Source of the DNA: an uncultured Verrucomicrobiae bacterium
GTDB taxonomy: Bacteria; Verrucomicrobiota; Verrucomicrobiia; Palsa-1439
Direction: 5' to 3'
Assembly (NCBI GenBank): GCA_963812605.1
Contig: CAWEWF010000001.1
Span: 384,001 to 448,000, forward strand
DNA length: 64,000 nucleotides
The number at the start of each line of letters is the position of its first letter. Positions within the stretch are counted from its first letter, which is position 1. The notes beneath the pieces were generated by a model. The model was not told where the DNA came from. It saw only the letters and a program-made list of their open reading frames with translations, and did no database searches. The translations under genes were made by a program, and so were the position numbers. Of this stretch, positions 10,978 through 19,146 are shown one piece after another.

Positions 10978-11338
10978 CTAGTGGCGTTCTTCGTGTTTAT
11001 GGCGCGGGAACCTTGCGATGATCACGTCATGGTGCCGCCATGGTTCCCGTCCGTCTGCATCGAAATTCACGCTGGCCCCGAGGACAATGCCGGCCGGCAC
11101 GCGCGGTCCCGAACGCCATTCCCCATTGATCTGCCACCAGTAGACCTGTGTCTCCGGGCACGTAGTACACTTCCTCCTCGGGATAATAGGTGTAGTGATA
11201 CACAACCCCCGCCGGAGCCGCTTCGGGCCCGATATGTACGATTACGGTCGCCGCCGAAACACGGGGAACGATCATCGCAAATCCGCCGACCGCGATCATA
11301 AGAATCAGTCCGAATGATAATTTCTGTAACCGCTTCAT
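10978..11338 (-). CDS. Small secreted hypothetical protein (frameshift near 11155)
   Basis: Signal peptide plus YHYTYYPEEEVYYVP joins ETQVYWWQINGEWRSG...PWRHH in a second frame. Confidence 0.6.
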
Positions 11339-11466
11339 GACTTATCCCTCCATTCGTTTTAATTACGGTTCTTTCATCCACTACTAATTTAATTGCGCCA
11401 TTTGCCGGAACAATCGGACATCTCACCGGTTTGCGTCTAGGCCGTGCGCCTAGTCATTAAAACAAT

Positions 11467-11495
11467 GAGGGCCGGGCTTTTGAAGCCCGGCCCTC
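11467..11495. terminator. Hairpin terminator downstream of the YSC84-like gene
   Basis: Perfect 13-bp stem gagggccgggctt / aagcccggccctc. Confidence 0.7.
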
Positions 11496-11523
11496 GAACT
11501 ACTCTGCTGTCACAGCCAACTCA

Positions 11524-12159
11524 CTATTGCGGCGGCGGCTGTGCCGGTGGTGTTGATGGTGCCGCTGGCGGCGTTGAAGACGGCGCCGGCTTTTCCGCTG
11601 GAGCCGTTTGCGTTGGCGCAGGTTCCGCACTGCTTAGTTCCCGGAACTTGAAGTGCTGTCCACCGACGCTGGCCTCGAACATCAGGCCCGACCTGTCCAT
11701 CGTATAGACGAGCACGCCATGCTGATATTTCGCCTCGGCGCCGGTGCCATCGGCTGCGATCGCGCCACTGAGGGCGGCGCTGAGGGCGGTCTTGCCATCC
11801 TTGAACTCATCGAGCGCCTGCTTTGTCTCGAAGAAGATCACCTCGGAATACGACTGGGCACCCAATTGCGCGCCGACCGTGGCCTGCGTCAGCTTTGCCG
11901 TACCGACCAACCTTCCCCCTTCAAATACCTCCCCCCGGCCTTCCGCTCCACCGATGCCGATCGCACCTTTGCCGACCGACGGAAAGATGGCATATCCATA
12001 GGCAGAGTCGAACAGTGGGGCCAGTTTTTGATTGTTCCGGAACATGTGCACGGCATCCTGAACCTCCGTGTCCAACCGGACCGCGTCGGCGGCCGCTGCC
12101 GCGATCGCGCCCACCACTGTCAGTGTTGCGATCAAACTTACCATGCGTAACATCTTCAT
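11524..12159 (-). CDS. YSC84/SYLF-related secreted protein
   Basis: AYGYAIFPSVGKGAIGIGGAEGRG, VGAQLGAQSYSEVIFFE, GLMFEASVGGQHF; Pro/Ala tail. Confidence 0.85.
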   Translation of the reverse strand: MKMLRMVSLIATLTVVGAIAAAAADAVRLDTEVQDAVHMFRNNQKLAPLFDSAYGYAIFPSVGKGAIGIGGAEGRGEVFEGGRLVGTAKLTQATVGAQLGAQSYSEVIFFETKQALDEFKDGKTALSAALSGAIAADGTGAEAKYQHGVLVYTMDRSGLMFEASVGGQHFKFRELSSAEPAPTQTAPAEKPAPSSTPPAAPSTPPAQPPPQ

Positions 12160-12440
12160 TTTGCGTCCCTCCATGCTTGTTGTTTTCAGAACAACCGAAG
12201 CCCCGGCCGATTGTTTTGTCACCCGACTTATTTGTCAGTGCCAACGCAACCAGCCAAAGGTCTCTCGTTGTTCTGCGATAATCTCGACCTGGAGATGGGC
12301 GGTCGCAATCGGGCGAATGCCTGATCTGTTTCTAGGAGATTCTCTGTATGCCCTCTGTCGCGAGTCGAAAGAGAGTAAAACAGTTGGCGCGAAGGACTTG
12401 AAGCTGCTGGCGAACCCCATTACTGTCGTCTTTACGATGG

Positions 12441-12623
12441 GGACAGCGCCTGGCAACCGAGGAGGACGTTGCCAGGGTCATCTTCACCGCCGCCACCGAT
12501 GGCACGGACCAACTGCGCTACGTCGCCACCGACGACATTCTGCCGCTCGTCAAGGCCCGGCGCGAAACGTCCGAAGAGCAGTACATGAAGTTCATGCGGT
12601 CGCGTTACCAGCCGCGAGGGTGA
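12441..12623 (+). pseudogene. C-terminal remnant of an SDR oxidoreductase
   Basis: My translation GQRLATEEDVARVIFTAATDGTDQLRYVATDDILPLVKARRETSEEQYMKFMRSRYQPRG*; no in-frame start. Confidence 0.6.
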
Positions 12624-12640
12624 GGTAAATTGCGGCGGAC

Positions 12641-12712
12641 GCCGATGAGGATAAACTCAACGTTCTCGGCGCACAACGCGGACAACATCTCTTTGTAATC
12701 TTCGTTCCACAT
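12641..12712 (-). pseudogene. N-terminal remnant of a nucleotidyltransferase
   Basis: MWNEDYKEMLSALCAENVEFILIG, then homology is lost; overlaps the upstream small gene as is usual for such pairs. Confidence 0.55.
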
Positions 12713-12854
12713 CGTGCTGAGGGCTGAGCGCGGCGACTTCGCGGGTGATGGGCCAGACCATCAACACCCGTTCCTCGATGGTGCCGGGAACGTAGTTGTC
12801 GTCCGTATGATCGCCGAGCGCGGACTTGGTAATGGCCTGACGGTCGAGTTTCAC
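12657..12854 (-). CDS. Small protein, usual partner of a nucleotidyltransferase (TA-like pair)
   Basis: 65 aa with TIEERVLMVWPIT...RLQRDVVRV; own promoter TTGCCC-N16-TATAAT-N6-GTG. Confidence 0.65.
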   Translation of the reverse strand: MKLDRQAITKSALGDHTDDNYVPGTIEERVLMVWPITREVAALSPQHDVERRLQRDVVRVVRRER

Positions 12855-12955
12855 AGCGCTATTATACCCCGCCGGGTCCGCGGGGCAAGCCTCGCCGCGG
12901 GTAGGTAGTGTCCTAATCTTGGAGGGCCACGCTCTGTCGTGGCCGCATTGGGTTT

Positions 12956-13019
12956 TGTAGCCGAAGCGTAAGCTTCGGTGGTAGCAATGCAGATTCCCGA
13001 AGCTTACGCTTCGGCTACA
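12956..13019. repeat. Inverted pair of GTAG-type REP-like elements
   Basis: Perfect 23-bp inverted repeat tgtagccgaagcgtaagcttcgg at 12956-12978 and 12997-13019. Confidence 0.85.
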
Positions 13020-13520
13020 GTCGGCGGCTGCAAATCAAGACATCACCACGAGTAACGAGAGGGGTCGCGCGGCGGGACTGCGCTTCACCAGGCAGCTACG
13101 CGCCGGGCTCGGCTTGCCATGGAGAATCGATTCGCCAATATCACCAGCGGCAACGGGAAACGGCAGGTACCGCCAATGCATGGTAGTGCCATGTATCAGC
13201 GCTGGAAGAGAGACGGGGTTCGGGACGACGGTTGTGTAAAGCCGGTGAGCAACAAAGCAGTTTGTGTTAAGCAATTCGCGTTTTACTTTACACAAACGCA
13301 ACGGGGCGGCTGCGATCAAATGACTGAAATGCCGTCGTAGTTCGTACAGAAGGCGATGACCTCTTTCCGTGTGTCGCAGGTACGGGTCGTGAGATGGGCG
13401 TCGTCAGCGGACTCGGTGGCGCTGTCGAACAAAACTTGATAGAACCTCAGGACTTTGCTTTCATAGGGCACATCCAACACTTACTAAAGTTGTTCGTTCG
13501 TCTTCACTCAATCGAGGACC

Positions 13521-14132
13521 ATGTTCAAGAAAGCGCCCGATGCTCAAAACCGAAAGCGAGATGAAACCTTTATGTGTCGTCCTTTAATCATTGAGAGACA
13601 TGGCGTCGAGAAAGTGCGTGGACAAACCTGCAGTGGTGAAAAATCATTTGCAGACCTTTCGATTTACCGGGTGACGTTACCTAACGAAGATTATTTGGAC
13701 GTTGCTTATGCTATCTGGAAGAACGGCGAGCGTGACATTCATACGTATCGGGTTGAAAGCTCAATTCGGGCGCTGCGAAGACTGGATCATGGCTTACGCC
13801 TATCTATCGACCGATATTCGTCACGTATTTCGGCCGTCGAATTACGCCAAGCACGTCTGGTAGAAAACACGCCGAAACAGTGGTCAAGATGCTTCAAGGC
13901 TTCGCTGAAGGAATTGCGGGAAGGGGCAGGTCTAAATTGCGTAAAGGTGCTTCGGAGGGCAGGAGCCGAAGCAATCGGAACGAAGCAGGATGTGTTCGAA
14001 GATAATGGAAAGCGGCGGGACTTTCTCTGCGCTACGTTCAAATCGGAGGCGCAATGGCCTCCAATTCTTGCTTACGTTGTTTCAAGGATACTGCCCTTGA
14101 TGCGCGGATACCGACACAAAGATTATGGATAA
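13521..14132 (+). CDS. Hypothetical protein (lower GC)
   Basis: 203-aa ORF with GAGGA RBS; no recognised motif. Confidence 0.55.
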   Translation: MFKKAPDAQNRKRDETFMCRPLIIERHGVEKVRGQTCSGEKSFADLSIYRVTLPNEDYLDVAYAIWKNGERDIHTYRVESSIRALRRLDHGLRLSIDRYSSRISAVELRQARLVENTPKQWSRCFKASLKELREGAGLNCVKVLRRAGAEAIGTKQDVFEDNGKRRDFLCATFKSEAQWPPILAYVVSRILPLMRGYRHKDYG

Positions 14133-14159
14133 CGATAAAATACAGCAACAGGAGGGTCA

Positions 14160-14393
14160 ATGAAAGGCAGGCAAAAAGGACGCCCGACGAAGTGGGTTCA
14201 TGCCACGATCGAGCAGTCGATATTCGTGGATCGAGCTGGATTCACGTTTTCGGTGTGGCGTAAATGGAAGCGCAATAGAAGTATGGTGGGCACTTTGACC
14301 GTCAGCGTGGGTGGTCTCAGATGGTTGCCGGCGAGGGGGAAAGCCCGCCGTCGACGCACTTGGGGAGAAATTGCGGACTGGCTAAGTGAATAG
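14160..14393 (+). CDS. Small basic hypothetical protein
   Basis: AGGAGG RBS; 77 aa with GTLTVSVGGLRW. Confidence 0.6.
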   Translation: MKGRQKGRPTKWVHATIEQSIFVDRAGFTFSVWRKWKRNRSMVGTLTVSVGGLRWLPARGKARRRRTWGEIADWLSE

Positions 14394-14456
14394 CGGCAGC
14401 CCGCCCGCCGCTCGGTCCACGACAGTCGTCCATTAATTAATTTGGAGAAAACTACG

Positions 14457-15173
14457 ATGAGACAGCACGAAGCGGTCATGGAGGTAATGCAGTCAAATGG
14501 CGGCTACGCTACCCTCGGCAGGCTTTACAAGGAGGCGCTGAAAGTTCCGGGTGCGGATTGGACGAAGACCAAGACTCCATTTAAATCCATCAACCGTATT
14601 GTTCAGGACGAAAGATTCTTCTTCCGAATTCGCCCCGGTCTCTGGGCGCTTAAAGATTGGAAGGGCAAACTTCCAAAGGAAATCGCGAATATCACGGACC
14701 CAGAATACAGTCATGGGTACTTCCAAGGCCTGTTGGTTGAACTCGGTAACTTGGAGAAGTTCGAAACCTTCGTCACCGCGCGAGACCGCAATCGGACTTT
14801 CATGTCGAAGCCGCTCGGCACCGTGGCGACTCTAAGTGAGATGTACCTGTTCACATATGATGAAATCGTCAAACGGGCAAAGATGGTCGATGTTGTTTGG
14901 TTTAATGACCGTAAAATGCCGCATACGTTCTTTGAGGTTGAACACACATCGGACTTCGACGCATCGCTACTGAAGTTTTTGAAATTCCAAGATTTTCATT
15001 GTCAGTTTCGAATTGTGGCGTCGGAGAACAAAGAAAAAGAATACGCCGACAAGATCGCGCATTTTGCCTACAAGGCCATTGCCAACCGCACAAAATTTAC
15101 GAGCTACAAAGTACTCTCGGACTATCATTCAAAGGCTCACGAAGCCGCCGTCGCTAAACGCCTCTGGGACTAG
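14457..15173 (+). CDS. Winged-helix (HARE-HTH-like) plus PD-(D/E)XK-like putative nuclease
   Basis: N-terminal GGYATLGRLY...KTPFKSINRIVQ...IRPGLWAL; C-terminal VDVVWF...FEVEHT. Confidence 0.65.
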   Translation: MRQHEAVMEVMQSNGGYATLGRLYKEALKVPGADWTKTKTPFKSINRIVQDERFFFRIRPGLWALKDWKGKLPKEIANITDPEYSHGYFQGLLVELGNLEKFETFVTARDRNRTFMSKPLGTVATLSEMYLFTYDEIVKRAKMVDVVWFNDRKMPHTFFEVEHTSDFDASLLKFLKFQDFHCQFRIVASENKEKEYADKIAHFAYKAIANRTKFTSYKVLSDYHSKAHEAAVAKRLWD

Positions 15174-16526
15174 CGCGTTTTCACTCTCAAAATCTCCGTC
15201 TCGCACCGCACGATGTGTGTCGTCTGGAGCTTTACTGACTGTGGAGTGTGCGTCCAGGCGGATTGGACGTCGGCGTCGACGGTAGTATGGACGACGCTGC
15301 CGGTGCGGGCTTGGGCGCACGAGAGGAAGACGAATTTCGTCTCGTGGAAGATGCTCTCGGTCTGGATTTCCGGTACGTCCGCCATTTCTCTGATCCGATC
15401 CATAGATCCGCTGCCGGGATCAAGATCATTCTGCGAAAAAGTTGGTATCTGGGACGCAACGGAGAACGACAGAGACCCTTCGACAAGCTCAGGGTGACAA
15501 CCTGGCGGTTGCTCCTGACGCACCACGGAGACCTCGACACGGACGCGGAATTCACGGAGCCAGATTTGTATGATTTCGCGGTCGGCGCGTTTGGCGGCAA
15601 GTTCAATGTGGCGGTAATCCAGTTCGATACCGATAAATAGTCGGTGTAGTTGCGCACAGGCGACAGCAGTTGTGCCGCTTCCGAGGAATGGGTCAAGAAC
15701 GCAGTTGCTTTCGTTGGTGGCCGCAAGCACGCACCGTTCGATGAGTGCTACGGGCTTCTGTGTTGAATGTCTGCCAAACGTTTTCTCCGCCTTGCCCGGC
15801 GCGCGCATAGTCCACACCGTTTTCATCTGTTGCCGGTTGACGGCTTTCATGGCTTTGTAGTTGAAGACGTGTTTGCTCTTGTCGGTTTTGGCGGCCCAGA
15901 GGATGGTTTCGGTGGAGTGGGTGAAGTAGCGGCACGAGAGGTTCGGCGGCGGGTTCGGTTTTTCCCAGGCGATGTCGTTGAGAATCTTGATGCCGAGCTG
16001 TTGCATCGCGTAGCCGACGCTGAAAATGACGTGGTGGGTGCCGGTGACCCAAATGGTGCCGTTGGGTTTGAGGACGCGCTGGCAGCGCTTCAGCCATTCG
16101 GTGTTGAATTCGTGGTTTAGCTCGGGACCGCGACTCTTGTCCCAAGTCGCCTTTGTCCACTTTGACCATCTTGCCCGCGTGACAGGTGATGCCGCCGTTG
16201 GAGAGGAAGTAGGGCGGGTCGGCGAACACCATGTCGAAACAGCCGTCGGGATGTTTCGCAGCGATGGCGTCGAGGACCTCAAGACAGTCGCCCTGGTAGA
16301 GGAAGATGCCGTGGGGGTCGTCGCGGTAGACGCAATTGAGCGGCGCGAGCGCGCCGGGTTCCATGACGACGCCGTCGAGGGGATTATTGGAGTCGGAGGT
16401 GATAAGGCGTTCGGATGGGGCGGGGTAATTGACGGGGCGGACAGGATGAACGGGCGGGACGCCCGTTCTACGCGGACGGATGGCAGGCGAGACGCCTACC
16501 CCACTATTTTTTGGTTTCCTCGCCAC
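15170..16526 (-). CDS. Beta-class N6-adenine DNA methyltransferase, DpnA/M2.DpnII (GATC)-like; frameshift near 16145; long atypical C-terminal tail
   Basis: FADPPYFLSNGGI...VDKGD/WDKS, WEKPNPPPNLSCRYFTHSTETILWA, HSTQKP, VLDPFLGSGTT. Confidence 0.88.
15390..15430. repeat. GATC array copy 2 (5 GATC sites)
   Basis: GATC at 15392, 15397, 15405, 15418, 15424; 31/41 ungapped identity to 16530-16570. Confidence 0.9.
15476..15499. repeat. REP-like element inside the methyltransferase tail
   Basis: cccttcgacaagctcagggtgaca (reads CHPELVEG on the minus strand), a recognisable short dispersed repeat type. Confidence 0.7.
16449..16504. repeat. Two REP-like palindromes inside the 5' end of the methyltransferase ORF
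   Basis: aacgggcgggacgcccgttctac and ggcaggcgagacgcctaccccac; same family at 44288 and 50266-50325. Confidence 0.7.
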
Positions 16527-16529
16527 AGG

Positions 16530-16570
16530 CTGATCAGATCCATAGGATCGGGGATCGGATCAAGATCAAT
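16530..16570 (-). promoter_or_regulatory. GATC array copy 1 (6 GATC sites) directly upstream of the methyltransferase start
   Basis: GATC at 16532, 16537, 16546, 16553, 16558, 16564; contains TTGATC (-35-like) twice on the minus strand; regulatory role is inferred. Confidence 0.75.
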
Positions 16571-16660
16571 ATCATTAAGCTTTTGGGGTGGTGGAGGACG
16601 CGGGCGCGATGCGATGCTGAAGGTTGACGAAGTGGCGGGGAGGGCGTAATTTGGCGTGGT

Positions 16661-16858
16661 ATGAGCGGCAAGGAATTGGCCAAACAGGTGGCGACTCTTT
16701 CTGACAAAGAGCGTGAGGCGTTTATTGCTGAACTGTTTACTTACGAGGATATTGTGGAGGATTTGGGGGACATACTCCTCGTGCGCGAGCGACGGAATGA
16801 GCCGTCCATTCCGTTTTCCGAGGTGGTCGAGAGGTTGAAGCGCGACAAGCTCGTATGA
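16661..16858 (+). CDS. Putative type II antitoxin
   Basis: 65 aa with EDLGDILLVRERRNEPSIPFSEV; promoter TTGACG-N17-TAATTT-N8-ATG. Confidence 0.65.
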   Translation: MSGKELAKQVATLSDKEREAFIAELFTYEDIVEDLGDILLVRERRNEPSIPFSEVVERLKRDKLV

Positions 16859-16926
16859 GCTACGCCCTGGCGTTCAAGCCATCATCTTCACAACCAGTCG
16901 GGGCGCTGAGGCCCCTCCCACGTTAA
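16855..16926 (+). pseudogene. Truncated RelE/ParE-like toxin
   Basis: ATGA overlap with the antitoxin; MSYALAFKPS start typical of RelE, then stop after 23 codons. Confidence 0.5.
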
Positions 16927-16949
16927 GAATTGAGAAATCCGGGCGAGGC

Positions 16950-16980
16950 ACCCACCCCTTTATCCCCTCCGTGGAGGGGA
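16950..16980. repeat. REP-like palindrome
   Basis: acccacccctttatcccctccgtggagggga (tcccctcc/ggagggga stem). Confidence 0.55.
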
Positions 16981-16988
16981 ACCGCTGG

Positions 16989-17885
16989 CTAGGTGGTTTT
17001 GGGATTGGGGCCGGTGGGGCGGTGGAGGAGGTGGTTGATGAGGCCGCCGAGGCCGTCGGGTTTTGTGCCGCTGCGGACGACGAGCACGGGGAGTTCGGCG
17101 CGGTTGACGATTTCGCGGGTGATGTTGCCCATGATGTAGGTGCGGAGTCGGTCGTGGGCGGGAGAGGAACCGGACATCACGAGGTCGTATTCGGTGCGCT
17201 GCAATTCTTCGAGCAATTCGTCGAGGACCAGGCCGTGTTGGAGGTGGACCTCGCAGGGAACGCCCATTTTCTCGAGCAGCTCTTTCTGATGGCGCAGGCT
17301 GCGGCCGAGTTTGGAGCTGGATTGGAGCACCTGACTGACATCGTCCTCGGATTTCACCATGTTGGCGTAAACGGCGGGCGGTTCGGCGAGCACATGGAGC
17401 AGATCGACTGAGGCATTCACGCGGCGGGCGATCTCACCCGCAAACTGCACGGTCGGGTCGGCTTGTTCCGTGCCGCCGGTGCAGAGCAGGATGCGACGCA
17501 ACGCAGCGCGCTCGCCGATGACGACGAGCACGGGGGGTTCGACCGATTCGATGATTTTATAGGCGCGGGCGGACATGCACATGGGTCCGCGGCTGCCTTT
17601 GCGCGCGGCGCCGATGACGACGAGATCGTAATGGCCTTCCTGCGTGCGCTTGATGATTTCGGGCACGGGCCGGCCAGCTTTCGTGATCAACTCGGCATTG
17701 AGATGGTACTCCTTCAGGATTTCCTGCGCCCGTCGCAATGCCTGCAAAACCTTGTCCTCCTGCCCGGCTTTTTCGACAATGCCCAAGATGGAGGTTTCCG
17801 CCTGGCAGGCGGCGGCGATCAACGCGCCGAACCGCACGGCGTTCTCGGCCTGGCTTGAACCGTCACTGCAGAAAAGAATTTTCAT
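16989..17885 (-). CDS. Tandem-domain universal stress protein
   Basis: KILFCSDGS...YDLVVIGA...PVLVV, twice. Confidence 0.9.
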   Translation of the reverse strand: MKILFCSDGSSQAENAVRFGALIAAACQAETSILGIVEKAGQEDKVLQALRRAQEILKEYHLNAELITKAGRPVPEIIKRTQEGHYDLVVIGAARKGSRGPMCMSARAYKIIESVEPPVLVVIGERAALRRILLCTGGTEQADPTVQFAGEIARRVNASVDLLHVLAEPPAVYANMVKSEDDVSQVLQSSSKLGRSLRHQKELLEKMGVPCEVHLQHGLVLDELLEELQRTEYDLVMSGSSPAHDRLRTYIMGNITREIVNRAELPVLVVRSGTKPDGLGGLINHLLHRPTGPNPKTT

Positions 17886-17901
17886 GTGTTTGTCGTTTTA
17901 T

Positions 17902-18825
17902 TTATTTGAAATGATGGCCTGTCAACAAACTATAGAGGATCAGCCCGGCTCCGAGAAGCGGCAGCGGCACGAACGCGAGCCGGATGCGCGCGCCGTGAAA
18001 GTATTGGGTCAGGGTCGCGCCGATTTGCGCGCCGATGGCCGCGCCGGTATGCATGACCAGCGCGATGAGGATGTCGACGTTGCCTTTGAGGGCGTGGGTG
18101 AAGGTGCCGTAGCTGGCGGAGATCACGACCTCGAACAAATCGGTGCCGACAGCGACATGCGTGGGCACGCCGAGAATGTAGACCATCGCCGGCATGCGGA
18201 TGTAGCCCGCGCCGCCGCCGAGAAATCCGCTGAACACGCCGCCGATGTAAGCGACGACCAGGATCGTCCACAGCGAGATCTGCTTGATGCCGGAATTCGG
18301 CAGGGAAATCATGGGCGGGAAATGAAATTTTTGGAATTTTTTGGCGATGTGGGCGATGGCCGAGCGGTCTTGCTTGGGTTTACCCTTGGAGGATTTGGGA
18401 GTGGGCGCCTTTCCCATCTTCAGGGTTTGCCAGCTTTCCCAGAAGATGAAAGATGAAATCGCAACGAGGACGATGACGAACGCGATGGCGACAACGAAGT
18501 CCACGTTTTTATGCCGCTTCAACTGCTGGATGATTTGCGCGCCGGTCTCGACGCCGATGATGGTGGTCGAGGCCATGATCAGGCCGAGTTTGATGTCCAC
18601 ATTGCCCAGCGCGCGATGTTTTTTGGCGGCGACGATGGATTTTCCCACGATGTGTGCGAGGTCCGTGCCCACAACGAAATTCATCGGCACGCCGAAAAAG
18701 AACAGGGCGGGGCCCGCGAGAAAACTTCCACCGACGCCGAAAAAGCCGCCGCAGATCCCGATGATGAACCCGATGATAATCAGGTAAACGGGATTGATGT
18801 GGGTGCCGGAGATCAGGAAATCCAT
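17902..18825 (-). CDS. Sulfite exporter TauE/SafE family permease
   Basis: GGFFGVGGSFLAGP and SGFLGGGAGYIRMP repeats, AVGTDL. Confidence 0.9.
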   Translation of the reverse strand: MDFLISGTHINPVYLIIIGFIIGICGGFFGVGGSFLAGPALFFFGVPMNFVVGTDLAHIVGKSIVAAKKHRALGNVDIKLGLIMASTTIIGVETGAQIIQQLKRHKNVDFVVAIAFVIVLVAISSFIFWESWQTLKMGKAPTPKSSKGKPKQDRSAIAHIAKKFQKFHFPPMISLPNSGIKQISLWTILVVAYIGGVFSGFLGGGAGYIRMPAMVYILGVPTHVAVGTDLFEVVISASYGTFTHALKGNVDILIALVMHTGAAIGAQIGATLTQYFHGARIRLAFVPLPLLGAGLILYSLLTGHHFK

Positions 18826-18828
18826 GGA

Positions 18829-19077
18829 TCACCCTTCACGTCTGCGAATGATGCGCAACAGCCCGGTGGTCAGCATTTCCAGGGCAACACCCTGGACGAT
18901 GATCAAGCCGAGGGCCACGAACGCGTACAAGGTTTTGTTCTGGTCGAAGACGTGTTTGATCCAGCCGCCGAGAAAATGGAGGACGAGAAAAAAGTAGGCA
19001 AAGACAAAAGCGGCATAGACGGCCAGTTCCACGAGGAACGATCCCAACGACGCGCTTTTTTTCGGGCGACCGGCCAT
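18829..19077 (-). CDS. Small two-TM membrane protein, first gene of the TauE/USP operon
   Basis: 82 aa, two hydrophobic segments, 3 nt from the TauE start. Confidence 0.7.
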   Translation of the reverse strand: MAGRPKKSASLGSFLVELAVYAAFVFAYFFLVLHFLGGWIKHVFDQNKTLYAFVALGLIIVQGVALEMLTTGLLRIIRRREG

Positions 19078-19146
19078 GCAATTCTCGTGACCTTAGCCTA
19101 AAACATGGAAAGTTTCCAATGGCGATGTTAGGTTCGTCCGCAAACC

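Noticed and set aside
13035-13480. Possible gene or ncRNA in the unexplained gap before 13521
   Set aside because: Only short motif-less ORFs on both strands and no convincing structure; no call can be supported.
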